A stretch of 32,000 bases of DNA, taken from positions 600,001 through 632,000 of the forward strand of contig NC_017262.1 of the NCBI RefSeq assembly GCF_000175255.2, read 5' to 3'. The DNA is from Zymomonas mobilis subsp. mobilis ATCC 10988. GTDB lineage: Bacteria > Pseudomonadota > Alphaproteobacteria > Sphingomonadales > Sphingomonadaceae. Each line of letters starts with the position of its first letter. Position 1 is the stretch's first letter. The position numbers were made by a program, and so were the translations under genes. Below the pieces are notes generated by a model, which worked only from the letters and a program-made list of their open reading frames with translations, was not told the origin of the DNA and made no database searches. Shown in pieces: positions 17,995 to 26,718 of the stretch.

Positions 17995-18408
17995 ATGCGT
18001 TATATTCATACGATGATCAGGGTTTCCGATCCTGATGAAACTATTCGTTTTTTCAGTTTTCTTGGACTTGAGGAAGTAGGACGGGTCAATAATAACGAAG
18101 GCCGCTTTACGCTCATCTATCTGGCTGTGCCGAATGACAATGTTCAGGTCGAATTGACGTGGAATTGGGATGAAAAAGGCTATGAAGGCGGCCGCAACTT
18201 TGGGCATCTCGCTTTTGAAGTCGATAATATCTACGACAGCTGCCAAAAACTGATTGACGGTGGTTATGTCATCAACCGTCCGCCTCGTGATGGATGGATG
18301 GCTTTTGTCAGAACGCCGGATCAAATCTCAATCGAGTTATTGCAGGCCGGTGACAAGCTGGAACCGATAGAGCCTTGGAAATCCATGCCGAATACGGGTA
18401 GCTGGTAG
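17995..18408 (+). CDS. gloA: Lactoylglutathione lyase (glyoxalase I), VOC family
   Basis: MRYIHTMIRVSDPDETIRFF...FTLIYLA...VELTWNW...GHLAFEVDNIY...AFVRTPDQISIELLQ is the classic GloA pattern with its metal ligands. The antisense ORF 17911-18324 is a shadow frame. Confidence 0.9.
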   Translation: MRYIHTMIRVSDPDETIRFFSFLGLEEVGRVNNNEGRFTLIYLAVPNDNVQVELTWNWDEKGYEGGRNFGHLAFEVDNIYDSCQKLIDGGYVINRPPRDGWMAFVRTPDQISIELLQAGDKLEPIEPWKSMPNTGSW

Positions 18409-18449
18409 AAGCAGCCCTATCGTCATTTTTCCGAAAAAGGACATCTGAA

Positions 18450-19175
18450 ATGACTATCGAAATAGTGGCGGTGCCAGCCTTTGAAACCAATTATATTTGG
18501 CTACTTCACGACAAAGTCAGCGATAAAACTGTAGTGGTTGATCCGGGACAGGCTGAACCCGTCTTGGATTTTATTCAGAAAAAAGGCTGGGAAGTAACCC
18601 AGATATGGAACACCCATTGGCATAATGACCATACCGGCGGCAATGAAGTCATCAAGGCTGAAACCGGTTGCGATGTCATCGGGCCTTCTCATGAAAGCCA
18701 CCCGATACCGGCTATTGATATCAAGGTCGATGAAGGCGATGAAATCGGATTAGGTAGTCTTGTTGCCAAAGTTATGGCGATTCCAGCTCATACCCTCGGC
18801 CATGTCGCCTATTATATTCCCGATCATCATGTTCTTTTCTGCGGTGACACCCTTTTTGCAATGGGCTGCGGCCGGATTTTTGAAGGAACGGCTGAACAAA
18901 TGTGGCAGGCGTTACAACGCTTTGCGGCTCTGCCTCCCGAAACAAAGGTCTATTGCGGCCATGAATATACGCAGGATAACGGCCATTTCGCGCTGACTGT
19001 TGATCCTGATAATCAGGCCTTGCAAAAACGGGTCAAAGAAGTCGATCTTCTCCGCGCTCAAGGTAAAATCACTCTGCCAACAACTATTGCTCTCGAAAAA
19101 GCCACCAATCCTTTTATGAGAGCAAAAAATCCCGAAGAATTGGCTAAACTCCGCAAGGCCAAAGATATTTTCTAA
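18450..19175 (+). CDS. gloB: Hydroxyacylglutathione hydrolase (glyoxalase II)
   Basis: The 241-aa ORF has THWHNDHTGG, PAHTLGHVAYY, GDTLFAMGCGR and CGHEYT. It lies 41 bp downstream of gloA. Confidence 0.92.
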   Translation: MTIEIVAVPAFETNYIWLLHDKVSDKTVVVDPGQAEPVLDFIQKKGWEVTQIWNTHWHNDHTGGNEVIKAETGCDVIGPSHESHPIPAIDIKVDEGDEIGLGSLVAKVMAIPAHTLGHVAYYIPDHHVLFCGDTLFAMGCGRIFEGTAEQMWQALQRFAALPPETKVYCGHEYTQDNGHFALTVDPDNQALQKRVKEVDLLRAQGKITLPTTIALEKATNPFMRAKNPEELAKLRKAKDIF

Positions 19176-19212
19176 AATATCCTTTTTCCTCTTTTCGACC
19201 CAAGGAAATAGC

Positions 19213-19863
19213 GTGACCACAGATAAAGCGAAAAAGACAGCCCTTCTTCTGATTGAATATCAGAACGACTTTGCCAATCCCAATGGCGTTTTTTATGAAG
19301 CTGTCAAACCCGTGATGGATGCCAGCGGCATGTTGGAAAACACACAGGATCTGGTCGCAAAAGCGCGGGCTTTGGGCGTGCATATTCTTTTCTGCCCGAT
19401 AACCTTCACCGCTGATTATCATGAAATGAATCCCCAGACCCATGGCATCCTGAAAGCTATCCTTGAAAAACAGGCTTTTCAGCAAGGCTCTTGGGGGGCT
19501 GAAATCATCGAACAGCTTCCGGTAAAAGAAACGGATATCGTTATCGAAGGCAAGCGAGGATTATCGGGTTTCTACAGCACGAATCTCGATTTCATCTTGC
19601 GCCAACTCAAAATTGAAACCCTTGCGGTCGCTGGATTCCTGACCAATTGCTGTGTCGAAGCAACCTTGCGGACAGGCTATGAAAAAGGCTTCGATACAGT
19701 CGCCTTGACCGATTGCACCGCCGCCACCAGTGCGGAAGAACAGCAATTTTCGGTCACTAAAAACTTCCCCATGTTCTCCCGCCCCCTGCCCTATCAGGAT
19801 TTCCTAACCGAACTAACCAGCGGAAACCGGACAGACACTTCGGGAGGTGGCTATGCCGGATAA
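19213..19863 (+). CDS. Isochorismatase-family cysteine hydrolase
   Basis: The 216-aa ORF has a GTG start preceded by AAGGA. The Asp-Lys-Cys triad context is present (LLIEYQNDF, IEGKRGLSGF, AGFLTNCCVEAT). Confidence 0.85.
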   Translation: MTTDKAKKTALLLIEYQNDFANPNGVFYEAVKPVMDASGMLENTQDLVAKARALGVHILFCPITFTADYHEMNPQTHGILKAILEKQAFQQGSWGAEIIEQLPVKETDIVIEGKRGLSGFYSTNLDFILRQLKIETLAVAGFLTNCCVEATLRTGYEKGFDTVALTDCTAATSAEEQQFSVTKNFPMFSRPLPYQDFLTELTSGNRTDTSGGGYAG

Positions 19864-20977
19864 GGCAGCATCAACAAGAAAAGACAGCTTACTGGAAGCG
19901 CTTATTCCCGCGCTTTTCAATAAAGCCCTCAGCCTCAGTAAAGCCGGACGGACAGAAGAAGCCTTGGTGGTCTATGCCGATCTTGATGATCGTCTCAAGG
20001 ATGCTACCGAACCCCAATGGCAACTTTATGGGGCAATGACACTTGCCAATCAGGCTAGCTGTTTTCGGATATTACAAAATCCCCAAGCTGAAATAGCGAC
20101 CCATGATCGTTTGATAGAACGCTTCGGGAATTTGCCAGATACCGAACTTCAAATCTATGTCGGGAAAAGCCTCTTCGACAAGGCCGTCTTGCTCAGCAAT
20201 GCCGAAAAATATCAGGATGCTATCGACAGCTATGATGCCCTCATCCAACATTTTTCGGAAAACCCCTTGCCTTTGTTACAATCGGGGGTAGCCAAGGCTT
20301 TATTTAATAAAGCCAGCTTGTTCAGCAAGATGAATGAGACAGAGAAATCTATCGCCTGTTGCGATGATTTGCTGACCCGTTTTGCCGATAACAAAGATCC
20401 GAATATCGAAAAAATTGTTGCCAATACCCTGCTCAACAAGGCGGGTTGTATTAAAAAACTAGGGCAGCATGACCGGATGATTGCTGCCTATGATTGTTTC
20501 CTGAATCGTTTTTCCGATAGCAAAGAAGACGATATACAGCTTTGCCTTGCCTTGGTGTCGATCAAGAAAGCCGAAGCCCTTAAAAATAATGACCAACTGG
20601 AAGAGGCTTTTTCAATCTATGAAAGCCTTATTCATCGCTTTGAAAAAGATGAAAGCGATGAAATGGCGTTCCAACTGGCCAAAGCCTATATCAATGCCGC
20701 CGATATTCTCTGTCGCCTGCAACGGCGGGCAGATGAAAATAATCTTTACACCGCCTTTATCACTCGTTTTCTTTCCACCAAGGAGCCCAGCCTCCAAATT
20801 GCGGTCGCCACAGCTTTAATTAAAAAGGCAACCAATCTCGTCGCCAAAGGACAGGTGAAAGAAGCGATTGATTGTTACGATCTCGTCTTAAATTCGCTGG
20901 ATGACAGCGAAAATCAGGAATTAAAAAAATACCATATCTTGGCGGAAAAAGAGAAAAATAGCCTCGAAACTGTGTAA
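19853..20977 (+). CDS. Helical-repeat protein with about 8 units of 43-44 aa (TPR/ARM-like), paralog 1
   Basis: The unit ..VAKALFNKA..L..L.R.EEAI..YD.LI.RF.DS.DP.LQ.. recurs throughout. The ATG at 19853 is preceded by GGGAGG with 5-nt spacing and overlaps the isochorismatase stop by 11 nt. No signal peptide is present. Confidence 0.8.
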   Translation: MPDKAASTRKDSLLEALIPALFNKALSLSKAGRTEEALVVYADLDDRLKDATEPQWQLYGAMTLANQASCFRILQNPQAEIATHDRLIERFGNLPDTELQIYVGKSLFDKAVLLSNAEKYQDAIDSYDALIQHFSENPLPLLQSGVAKALFNKASLFSKMNETEKSIACCDDLLTRFADNKDPNIEKIVANTLLNKAGCIKKLGQHDRMIAAYDCFLNRFSDSKEDDIQLCLALVSIKKAEALKNNDQLEEAFSIYESLIHRFEKDESDEMAFQLAKAYINAADILCRLQRRADENNLYTAFITRFLSTKEPSLQIAVATALIKKATNLVAKGQVKEAIDCYDLVLNSLDDSENQELKKYHILAEKEKNSLETV

Positions 20978-20987
20978 CCCAATCGAT

Positions 20988-21016
20988 AAAAGGCGCTTAT
21001 CCTTGCGCCTTTTATT
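20988..21016 (+). terminator. Intrinsic terminator after repeat-protein 1
   Basis: AAAAGGCGC-TTATCCTT-GCGCCTTTT followed by ATT, 11 nt after the stop codon. Confidence 0.7.
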
Positions 21017-21087
21017 ACCTCTCGCGATCTCAATTTTCATAAGACAAAAGGCAAATTCTCCGATCTTTCGGATAGCGTCTTTTTTCT

Positions 21088-22509
21088 ATGGCCTTTATAG
21101 CCCTAGACTTCCTGTCTTATTTCATTTTCAAAAGCGACGGCAAAAGCAGCATGAATAGCATAATCGAACAAGCGAAAAGCCAATTTGAAAGCCTGATGGA
21201 ACCCTCCACAGAGCAAGATAACGAAACCCGTTTAAAGAGCTATGACGAATGGCTGGCATCTTTTTCCAAAGAGCAGGCAAAAGATTTACAGATTTACATC
21301 GCCATGATGCTCGCCAGCAAAGCCAGTTGCTTGGCTGCCATGAATCGAATTGATGATGCGCTTACCGCCTATGATGCCTTGATAAGCCGCTTCATCGAAG
21401 CCGAAGATATCAATTTACAGATTTTCGCTGGAAAAGCGCTGTTCGACAAGGCGGTCACGCTTCGCAAAGCCAAACGGAATGAAGAAGTTCATCCCGTTTA
21501 TGATGAATTAATCACCCGTTTCCGCGATAGTCAGGAAGCCGAATTACAGATTTGTGTTGCCAAGGCTTTGTTTAACAAAGCAGGCAATCTGGATGCCGTC
21601 GAAAAAGACGAAGAAGCGCTTAGCAGCTATAACGAACTTATTTCCCTGTTCTCGGGCAGCGAAACGCCCGAATTGCGGAATAATGTCGCCAAAGCGTTAT
21701 TCTATAAAGCGGTTACCTTAAAAAAACTGGAACGGACAGAAGAAGAAATCGCCTGTTACGACCAGTTAATCAGCCTCTTTTCGGATGTTGATGATAAAGA
21801 AGTTCAAAACGGCATTGCCAAGGCCTTATTCAACAAAGCCGCCGCCCTTTATCACCTCAATCAGACCGATGAAGCGATTGCCGTTTATGACGCGCTTATT
21901 CAGCGTTTCATCGACACCGAAGACGATGCCACCGCTAAAATCGTCGCCAACAGCTTTTTTGAAAAAACTGGCCTGTTAAGCGAGCAAGGCCGCGTCGAAG
22001 AAGAAATTGACGGCTATAATCGCTTTCTTGCTCGTTTTTCGGATTCACAAGATCCGTCTATCCATATCATGATTGCCACGGCCTTGATCAATAAAGCGAT
22101 CAGCTTGGCACAGGCAGGACAGGATGCGGAAGCGCTTGCCAGCTATGACGATCTCCTTGGCCGTTTTGGCGACAGCGAAGATCCCAATCTGCAACTTTAT
22201 GTCGCGCGGGCATTATTCAGCAAAGGCAGTCATCTCGGCGATCATGGTAATCCCGAAGCCGCCCTTCCGGTTTATGACGATTTCCTGACCCGTTTTTCCA
22301 AAACAGAAAATGGCGGATTACAGATCGGGGTTGCCACAACCTATCTTAAAAAGGCTATTTATCTAATCAGCCTTGGTCGCCTTGATGAGGCCGAGGCCAG
22401 CTATAATCATCTGATTAACGATATGGATGCAGAAAAAAATGTAACGCTGCGCCAATATATCGCGATGGCACAGCAGGGCAAAAGCGAGCTTGAAAAACAG
22501 CGCGCCTAA
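21088..22509 (+). CDS. Helical-repeat protein with 9 clean units of 43 aa, paralog 2
   Basis: I could cut nine consecutive 43-residue units by eye, for example QIFAGKALFDKAVTLRKAKRNEEVHPVYDELITRFRDSQEAEL and QICVAKALFNKAGNLDAVEKDEEALSSYNELISLFSGSETPEL. The start is uncertain: the ATG at 21151 (MNSIIEQ...) is an alternative. Confidence 0.8.
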   Translation: MAFIALDFLSYFIFKSDGKSSMNSIIEQAKSQFESLMEPSTEQDNETRLKSYDEWLASFSKEQAKDLQIYIAMMLASKASCLAAMNRIDDALTAYDALISRFIEAEDINLQIFAGKALFDKAVTLRKAKRNEEVHPVYDELITRFRDSQEAELQICVAKALFNKAGNLDAVEKDEEALSSYNELISLFSGSETPELRNNVAKALFYKAVTLKKLERTEEEIACYDQLISLFSDVDDKEVQNGIAKALFNKAAALYHLNQTDEAIAVYDALIQRFIDTEDDATAKIVANSFFEKTGLLSEQGRVEEEIDGYNRFLARFSDSQDPSIHIMIATALINKAISLAQAGQDAEALASYDDLLGRFGDSEDPNLQLYVARALFSKGSHLGDHGNPEAALPVYDDFLTRFSKTENGGLQIGVATTYLKKAIYLISLGRLDEAEASYNHLINDMDAEKNVTLRQYIAMAQQGKSELEKQRA

Positions 22510-22524
22510 CGCCCGCTTTCACTG

Positions 22525-22562
22525 AAAAAAAAGAAGCTCTGTTTCGGCAGAGCTTCTTTTCT
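22525..22562. terminator. Bidirectional intrinsic terminator
   Basis: AAGAAGCTCTG-TTTCGG-CAGAGCTTCTT is a perfect 11-bp stem. It is flanked by an A run upstream and TTT downstream, between convergent genes. Confidence 0.8.
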
Positions 22563-22584
22563 AACTATAAAAGATTATACCGGA

Positions 22585-22887
22585 TTAGCGGATATTCTGG
22601 AATATTTGCTTTAACTGCATCGCAGGCGTCATCGCGCCTTTGACTTTAACCCGTCCGGTCATAAAGGCCGTCATCGGATTAAGCTGACCATTCGCCAAAG
22701 CCTTAAAATCACCCCAACTAAGGCTGATTACGCTATCGGCTTCTCCGTCATCCCGTTCCACTTTGCGACTGATACCATCCAACAGGATGGTGCCTTCTTC
22801 TCCAAAGTCGAATTTGATTTTGGAACCGGCAACATAGGCATCACTTTTGATGACTTTGGCGATGAACTGATCCTGCGTAAAATCCAA
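22585..22887 (-). CDS. SCP2 sterol-binding-domain protein
   Basis: The 100-aa ORF ends with the typical SCP2 C-terminus: NGQLNPMTAFMTGRVKVKGAMTPAMQLKQIF. Confidence 0.85.
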   Translation of the reverse strand: MDFTQDQFIAKVIKSDAYVAGSKIKFDFGEEGTILLDGISRKVERDDGEADSVISLSWGDFKALANGQLNPMTAFMTGRVKVKGAMTPAMQLKQIFQNIR

Positions 22888-22924
22888 AATATATTCCTTC
22901 GATGCTGTTTATCCGGCCTCAACC

Positions 22925-23179
22925 TTATTTTGCCAATAATGGGTCGAGCTTACCTTCACTGTTCAATTTGACCAGATCATCACAGCCACCGATATGCTTG
23001 TCATCAATAAAGATCTGCGGAACGGTTCGGCCACCGGAACGCTTAATCATTTCGGTTCTTTTAGCGCTGTCATCCGTGACGTCATATTCGTCAAAACTCA
23101 CGCCTTTTTCGGCGAACAGAGCTTTTGCCCGTTTGCAATAGGGGCAAACTCGCGTGGTATAAATTTCGATATGCGCCAT
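22925..23179 (-). CDS. grxC: Glutaredoxin 3
   Basis: The 84-aa ORF has the CPYC active site plus TVPQIFI and GGCDDL, and is collinear with E. coli GrxC. Confidence 0.93.
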   Translation of the reverse strand: MAHIEIYTTRVCPYCKRAKALFAEKGVSFDEYDVTDDSAKRTEMIKRSGGRTVPQIFIDDKHIGGCDDLVKLNSEGKLDPLLAK

Positions 23180-23350
23180 GAATACTCTCCCAATGAATGA
23201 AGCGAAGGCCGCGTCATCTCCAATCCTAAGATAGGAGAAAACCGACTAAATGTTACTGGCACCAAGCTACTATTTTACCCAGAACAGATAAAATAAAATA
23301 TTGAGATCATAGTGATGCAATGAATTACAGGAACCCAATAACCCTCATCC

Positions 23351-23977
23351 TCACATCAAATTGATACCAAACAGCAAAACATTCGGTTCTGGCCGAACAA
23401 TCTGCAAATCGCCATTTCTCTCTTTGATAAGGGTATAGATAAGCCATGCCGCCACCAAACGCGGCGTTAATTGATCTTGCGGGGTTTTCCCTAACAAGGT
23501 TGCTTCAATCTGCTCATCAAAGACCAAACGCCGCCCTTCTGCCCGAATAACAATTTCATTGCCTTCGGCTCCAATATCGAGATTACCGCCTCGCACCAAA
23601 GCATCAGACGCAATCAAAGACAGATTCAGCAGAATACGAACCGCTTGTTTTTCCATAACCGGATCATCAACCATCCATCCCAACTGGATGCGATGGTCAA
23701 AACCGAATAATCCGGCAATAGCCTCACGAATTTCCTCAGTGTCCACAGATTCAGAAAAGCCTCCGCCCTGCCCAAAGGCCAATCGGAAAAATTTCAGCTT
23801 ACTCGCTGAAACCTTGGCACTTTCAGAAAGGAGGTCAATACAACGCGCCCGCATTTCAGGGTCATGTTCGTCGGCCAACAATTCGATGCCGTTATTCATG
23901 GCACTGACAGGACTTAAGAGATCATGACAAAGCCGTGAGCAGAGCAAGCTTGCCAGATTGATAGCTGTCATGGTCAT
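23351..23977 (-). CDS. chpT: Histidine phosphotransferase ChpT
   Basis: The 208-aa ORF has the signature LLCSRLCHDLLSPVSAMNNGIELL with the phospho-accepting His. A degenerate HATPase-like C-terminal half follows, as in Caulobacter ChpT. Confidence 0.85.
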   Translation of the reverse strand: MTMTAINLASLLCSRLCHDLLSPVSAMNNGIELLADEHDPEMRARCIDLLSESAKVSASKLKFFRLAFGQGGGFSESVDTEEIREAIAGLFGFDHRIQLGWMVDDPVMEKQAVRILLNLSLIASDALVRGGNLDIGAEGNEIVIRAEGRRLVFDEQIEATLLGKTPQDQLTPRLVAAWLIYTLIKERNGDLQIVRPEPNVLLFGINLM

Positions 23978-24094
23978 AAAGTCAAAGATCCTTCAAACTG
24001 ACATTTTAATAAGGTTATCTTATTTAAATAGAATAAGTTAAAGCTATAGTAAAAAGACTTACCACAAGCTGTCATTTATTATTTTCAGGCATAT

Positions 24095-24550
24095 TTACTC
24101 GACAACAAGTCGGCAAGGATGAAATATGCCTTCAACCACCCCGTTTTTACCGGCATACCATCCTTCTATTTTATTGGAAGCCGCAATCAACCAATATTGC
24201 CCATCATGTGCCAAAGCTGCATCCCAATGAGACGGACGACAATTACCCGATGGATGGGAATGATAATGGCCAATGACCTTTAAACCCCGCTCTCGCGCTT
24301 CTCGATGGGAACGGATCAGATCCGCTTCTTCCATTTCAAAAAAACGCTCTGGATGGGCGGCTTTATTTTCCATCGGCCTGATTTCGGTCACAGAATTCGC
24401 TTTACCGATTAAAAGGCCGCATATTTCCTTATCAGGACAGGCCGAAGCCGCCTGTAAAATCGTTTCAACAAAAGACGAAGCGATAAAAAATTTCACGCTT
24501 TCCTTGTCAGAAAGCGGAATTCCATTAGTGAAAGCCATAAAGAACACCAT
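24095..24550 (-). CDS. JAMM/MPN (Mov34, M67-family) metallopeptidase-domain protein
   Basis: The JAMM set is complete: Glu in KEICGLL, HYHSHPSG, and SHWD (H-x-H-x7-S-x2-D). The alternative start M5 is at 24538. Confidence 0.85.
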   Translation of the reverse strand: MVFFMAFTNGIPLSDKESVKFFIASSFVETILQAASACPDKEICGLLIGKANSVTEIRPMENKAAHPERFFEMEEADLIRSHREARERGLKVIGHYHSHPSGNCRPSHWDAALAHDGQYWLIAASNKIEGWYAGKNGVVEGIFHPCRLVVE

Positions 24551-24594
24551 GGCAAATCATCGGAACAAATCCAAGGGAGCTTGATAGAAAAGCA

Positions 24595-25548
24595 ATGCCG
24601 ACAGAACAAGTGACGTTAACAGAAGAAATGATCGGCTGGCGCTTGGATCGGGCTTTGGCCAGTTTGATAACCCGCCTTTCGCGGGAAAGACTAAAAAACC
24701 TGATTTCCTCCGGCTGTGTTAGTAACAGCCAAGGGGCATTGGTGCGCGATCCGGCTTTCAAGATCAAAAGCCTTGATTGCTTTACCGTTGATATCCCCCT
24801 TCCCCGTCCGGCACATAACGAACCGCAAGACATCCCACTGGAAATTGTTTTCGAAGATGAGCATCTGCTAGTTGTCAATAAACCAGCCGGCATGGTGGTG
24901 CATCCTGCGGCCGGTAATTATGATAATACCTTGGTGAATGCTCTGCTTTATCATTGCGCCGGAAAATTATCCGGCATTGGCGGCGTGGCAAGACCGGGTA
25001 TTGTCCATCGCATTGATAAGGACACCAGCGGTCTGTTGGTGGTAGCCAAAACCGATCCCGCGCATGCAGGCCTTGCAGCACAATTTGCCGACCATTCGAT
25101 TAACCGCCGTTATCGGGCGATTGTTGACGGCCATCCCAGCCTCCAAGGCCATGTTGATGCACCTCTGGCTCGCTCTTCCGTCAATCGCCAAAAAATGGCG
25201 ATCGTCTCTGATGGACGCGGCAAACGGGCGGTGACCCATTATCGCATGATTACGCCTTTAAAAAATGCCTCTCTTATAGAATGTCGCCTTGAAACGGGGC
25301 GGACGCATCAAGTCAGGGTGCATATGTCCTCTATCGGCCATTCTTTATTGGGTGATCCGGTTTATGGACGGAGCAAAAAGGCGCATCATGCGTTATTACA
25401 ATCGTTGGCTTTTCAAAGGCAGGCTCTACATGCTGCCCATCTGGGTTTTATTCACCCGATTTCAGGTAAACAGGTGGACTTTGATGCGGAAATGCCCCAA
25501 GATATGCAGCTTTTATTCAAGATGCTTATGATAAGCAATCGTAACTAA
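24595..25548 (+). CDS. rluD: 23S rRNA pseudouridine synthase, RluD subfamily
   Basis: N-terminal S4 domain (RLDRALASLI..LSRERLKNLI), then the catalytic motif HRIDKDTSGLLVVAK, and later GRTHQVRVH. Confidence 0.9.
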   Translation: MPTEQVTLTEEMIGWRLDRALASLITRLSRERLKNLISSGCVSNSQGALVRDPAFKIKSLDCFTVDIPLPRPAHNEPQDIPLEIVFEDEHLLVVNKPAGMVVHPAAGNYDNTLVNALLYHCAGKLSGIGGVARPGIVHRIDKDTSGLLVVAKTDPAHAGLAAQFADHSINRRYRAIVDGHPSLQGHVDAPLARSSVNRQKMAIVSDGRGKRAVTHYRMITPLKNASLIECRLETGRTHQVRVHMSSIGHSLLGDPVYGRSKKAHHALLQSLAFQRQALHAAHLGFIHPISGKQVDFDAEMPQDMQLLFKMLMISNRN

Positions 25549-25600
25549 ACAGCCAACTATTCGTAGGTAGCAAATTTGGGAAGACGGGAGAAAGATCAAA

Positions 25601-26509
25601 ATGGCCACCAGTAGCACCCTTCCGGCAGTGGTTCCTGCATTGGGCGGTGACCAGAGTCTTAACCATTACTTGGCCGATATCCGCAAATTTCCGATTTTAA
25701 AACCGGAAGAAGAATATATGCTGGCTAAACGCTTTCAGGAACACCAAGATCCGAAAGCAGCCAGCCGTCTGGTAACCTCCCATTTACGTCTGGTTGCCAA
25801 AATCGCGATGGGATATCGCGGCTATGGCCTGCCTGTTTCCGAATTGATTTCAGAAGGCAATATCGGCCTGATGCAGGGTGTCAAAAAATTTGACCCCGAA
25901 CGCGGTTTTCGCCTCGCGACCTATGCCATCTGGTGGATAAAGGCTTCTATTCAGGAATATATCCTGCGGTCTTGGAGTCTCGTTAAAATGGGAACTACCG
26001 CCGCACAAAAGAAGCTGTTCTTCAATCTCCGGCGTTTAAAGAGCAATATGAATGCCTTTGAAGACGGGGATTTAAAACCGGATGAAGTCGACTCCATTGC
26101 GACCAATCTCGGGGTCAGCAATGAAGAAGTTGTCAATATGAACCGCCGCATGGCGATGGGTGGCGACAGCTCGCTCAATATCACGATGCGGGAAGACGGC
26201 GAAGGCCAGATGCAAGACTGGCTGGTTGATCAGGAACCGCTACAAGACCAACAGATCGAAGAGGAAGAAGAAAGCCTCGTTCGTCATAAATTGTTGATCG
26301 AAGCGATGGATAAACTGAACGACCGTGAAAAACATATTCTGACAGAAAGACGATTAAGCGATAACCCGAAAACACTGGAAGAATTAAGTCAGGTCTATGG
26401 GGTCAGCCGCGAACGTGTCCGGCAAATCGAGGTGAGAGCCTTCGATAAATTGCAAAAGGCGATCATGGAACTCGCCGGAGACAGAAAGCTGTTACCCGCT
26501 ATGGCATAG
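25601..26509 (+). CDS. rpoH: RNA polymerase sigma-32 factor RpoH
   Basis: The 302-aa ORF has sigma-70 regions 2-4 and the diagnostic RpoH box QEYILRSWSLVKMGTTAAQKKLFFNLR. Confidence 0.95.
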   Translation: MATSSTLPAVVPALGGDQSLNHYLADIRKFPILKPEEEYMLAKRFQEHQDPKAASRLVTSHLRLVAKIAMGYRGYGLPVSELISEGNIGLMQGVKKFDPERGFRLATYAIWWIKASIQEYILRSWSLVKMGTTAAQKKLFFNLRRLKSNMNAFEDGDLKPDEVDSIATNLGVSNEEVVNMNRRMAMGGDSSLNITMREDGEGQMQDWLVDQEPLQDQQIEEEEESLVRHKLLIEAMDKLNDREKHILTERRLSDNPKTLEELSQVYGVSRERVRQIEVRAFDKLQKAIMELAGDRKLLPAMA

Positions 26510-26540
26510 GCGTTTTTCGCCGCTATTGGTCATCGCATTA

Positions 26541-26577
26541 AAAAACGCCCGGCCTCACGGTGGGGCGTTTTTATTTT
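26541..26577 (+). terminator. Intrinsic terminator after rpoH
   Basis: AACGCCC...GGGCGTT stem with an internal CC/GG extension, followed by TTTTTATTTT. Confidence 0.75.
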
Positions 26578-26718
26578 ATAGAAAAGAATTTCCTGACACA
26601 CTGATAGTAAAGTTTAATTGTCAGACCGTTCGCGCCTTCCTTATAAAAGAAAAGACGCGCCCTACATATAAATGAACAGATTATTCTGCCTAGACAATCA
26701 TTTTTAAGGACAGGAAAA

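Noticed and set aside
17911-18324. A 137-aa minus-strand ORF antisense to gloA.
   Set aside because: The plus-strand frame has unmistakable glyoxalase I motifs, and the antisense frame has no recognisable features.
26593-26624. Inverted repeat CTGACA-N20-TGTCAG upstream of cysK, considered as a CysB-type site.
   Set aside because: The 6-bp arms with a 20-bp spacer are within chance expectation for this region, and no supporting LTTR-box geometry is present.
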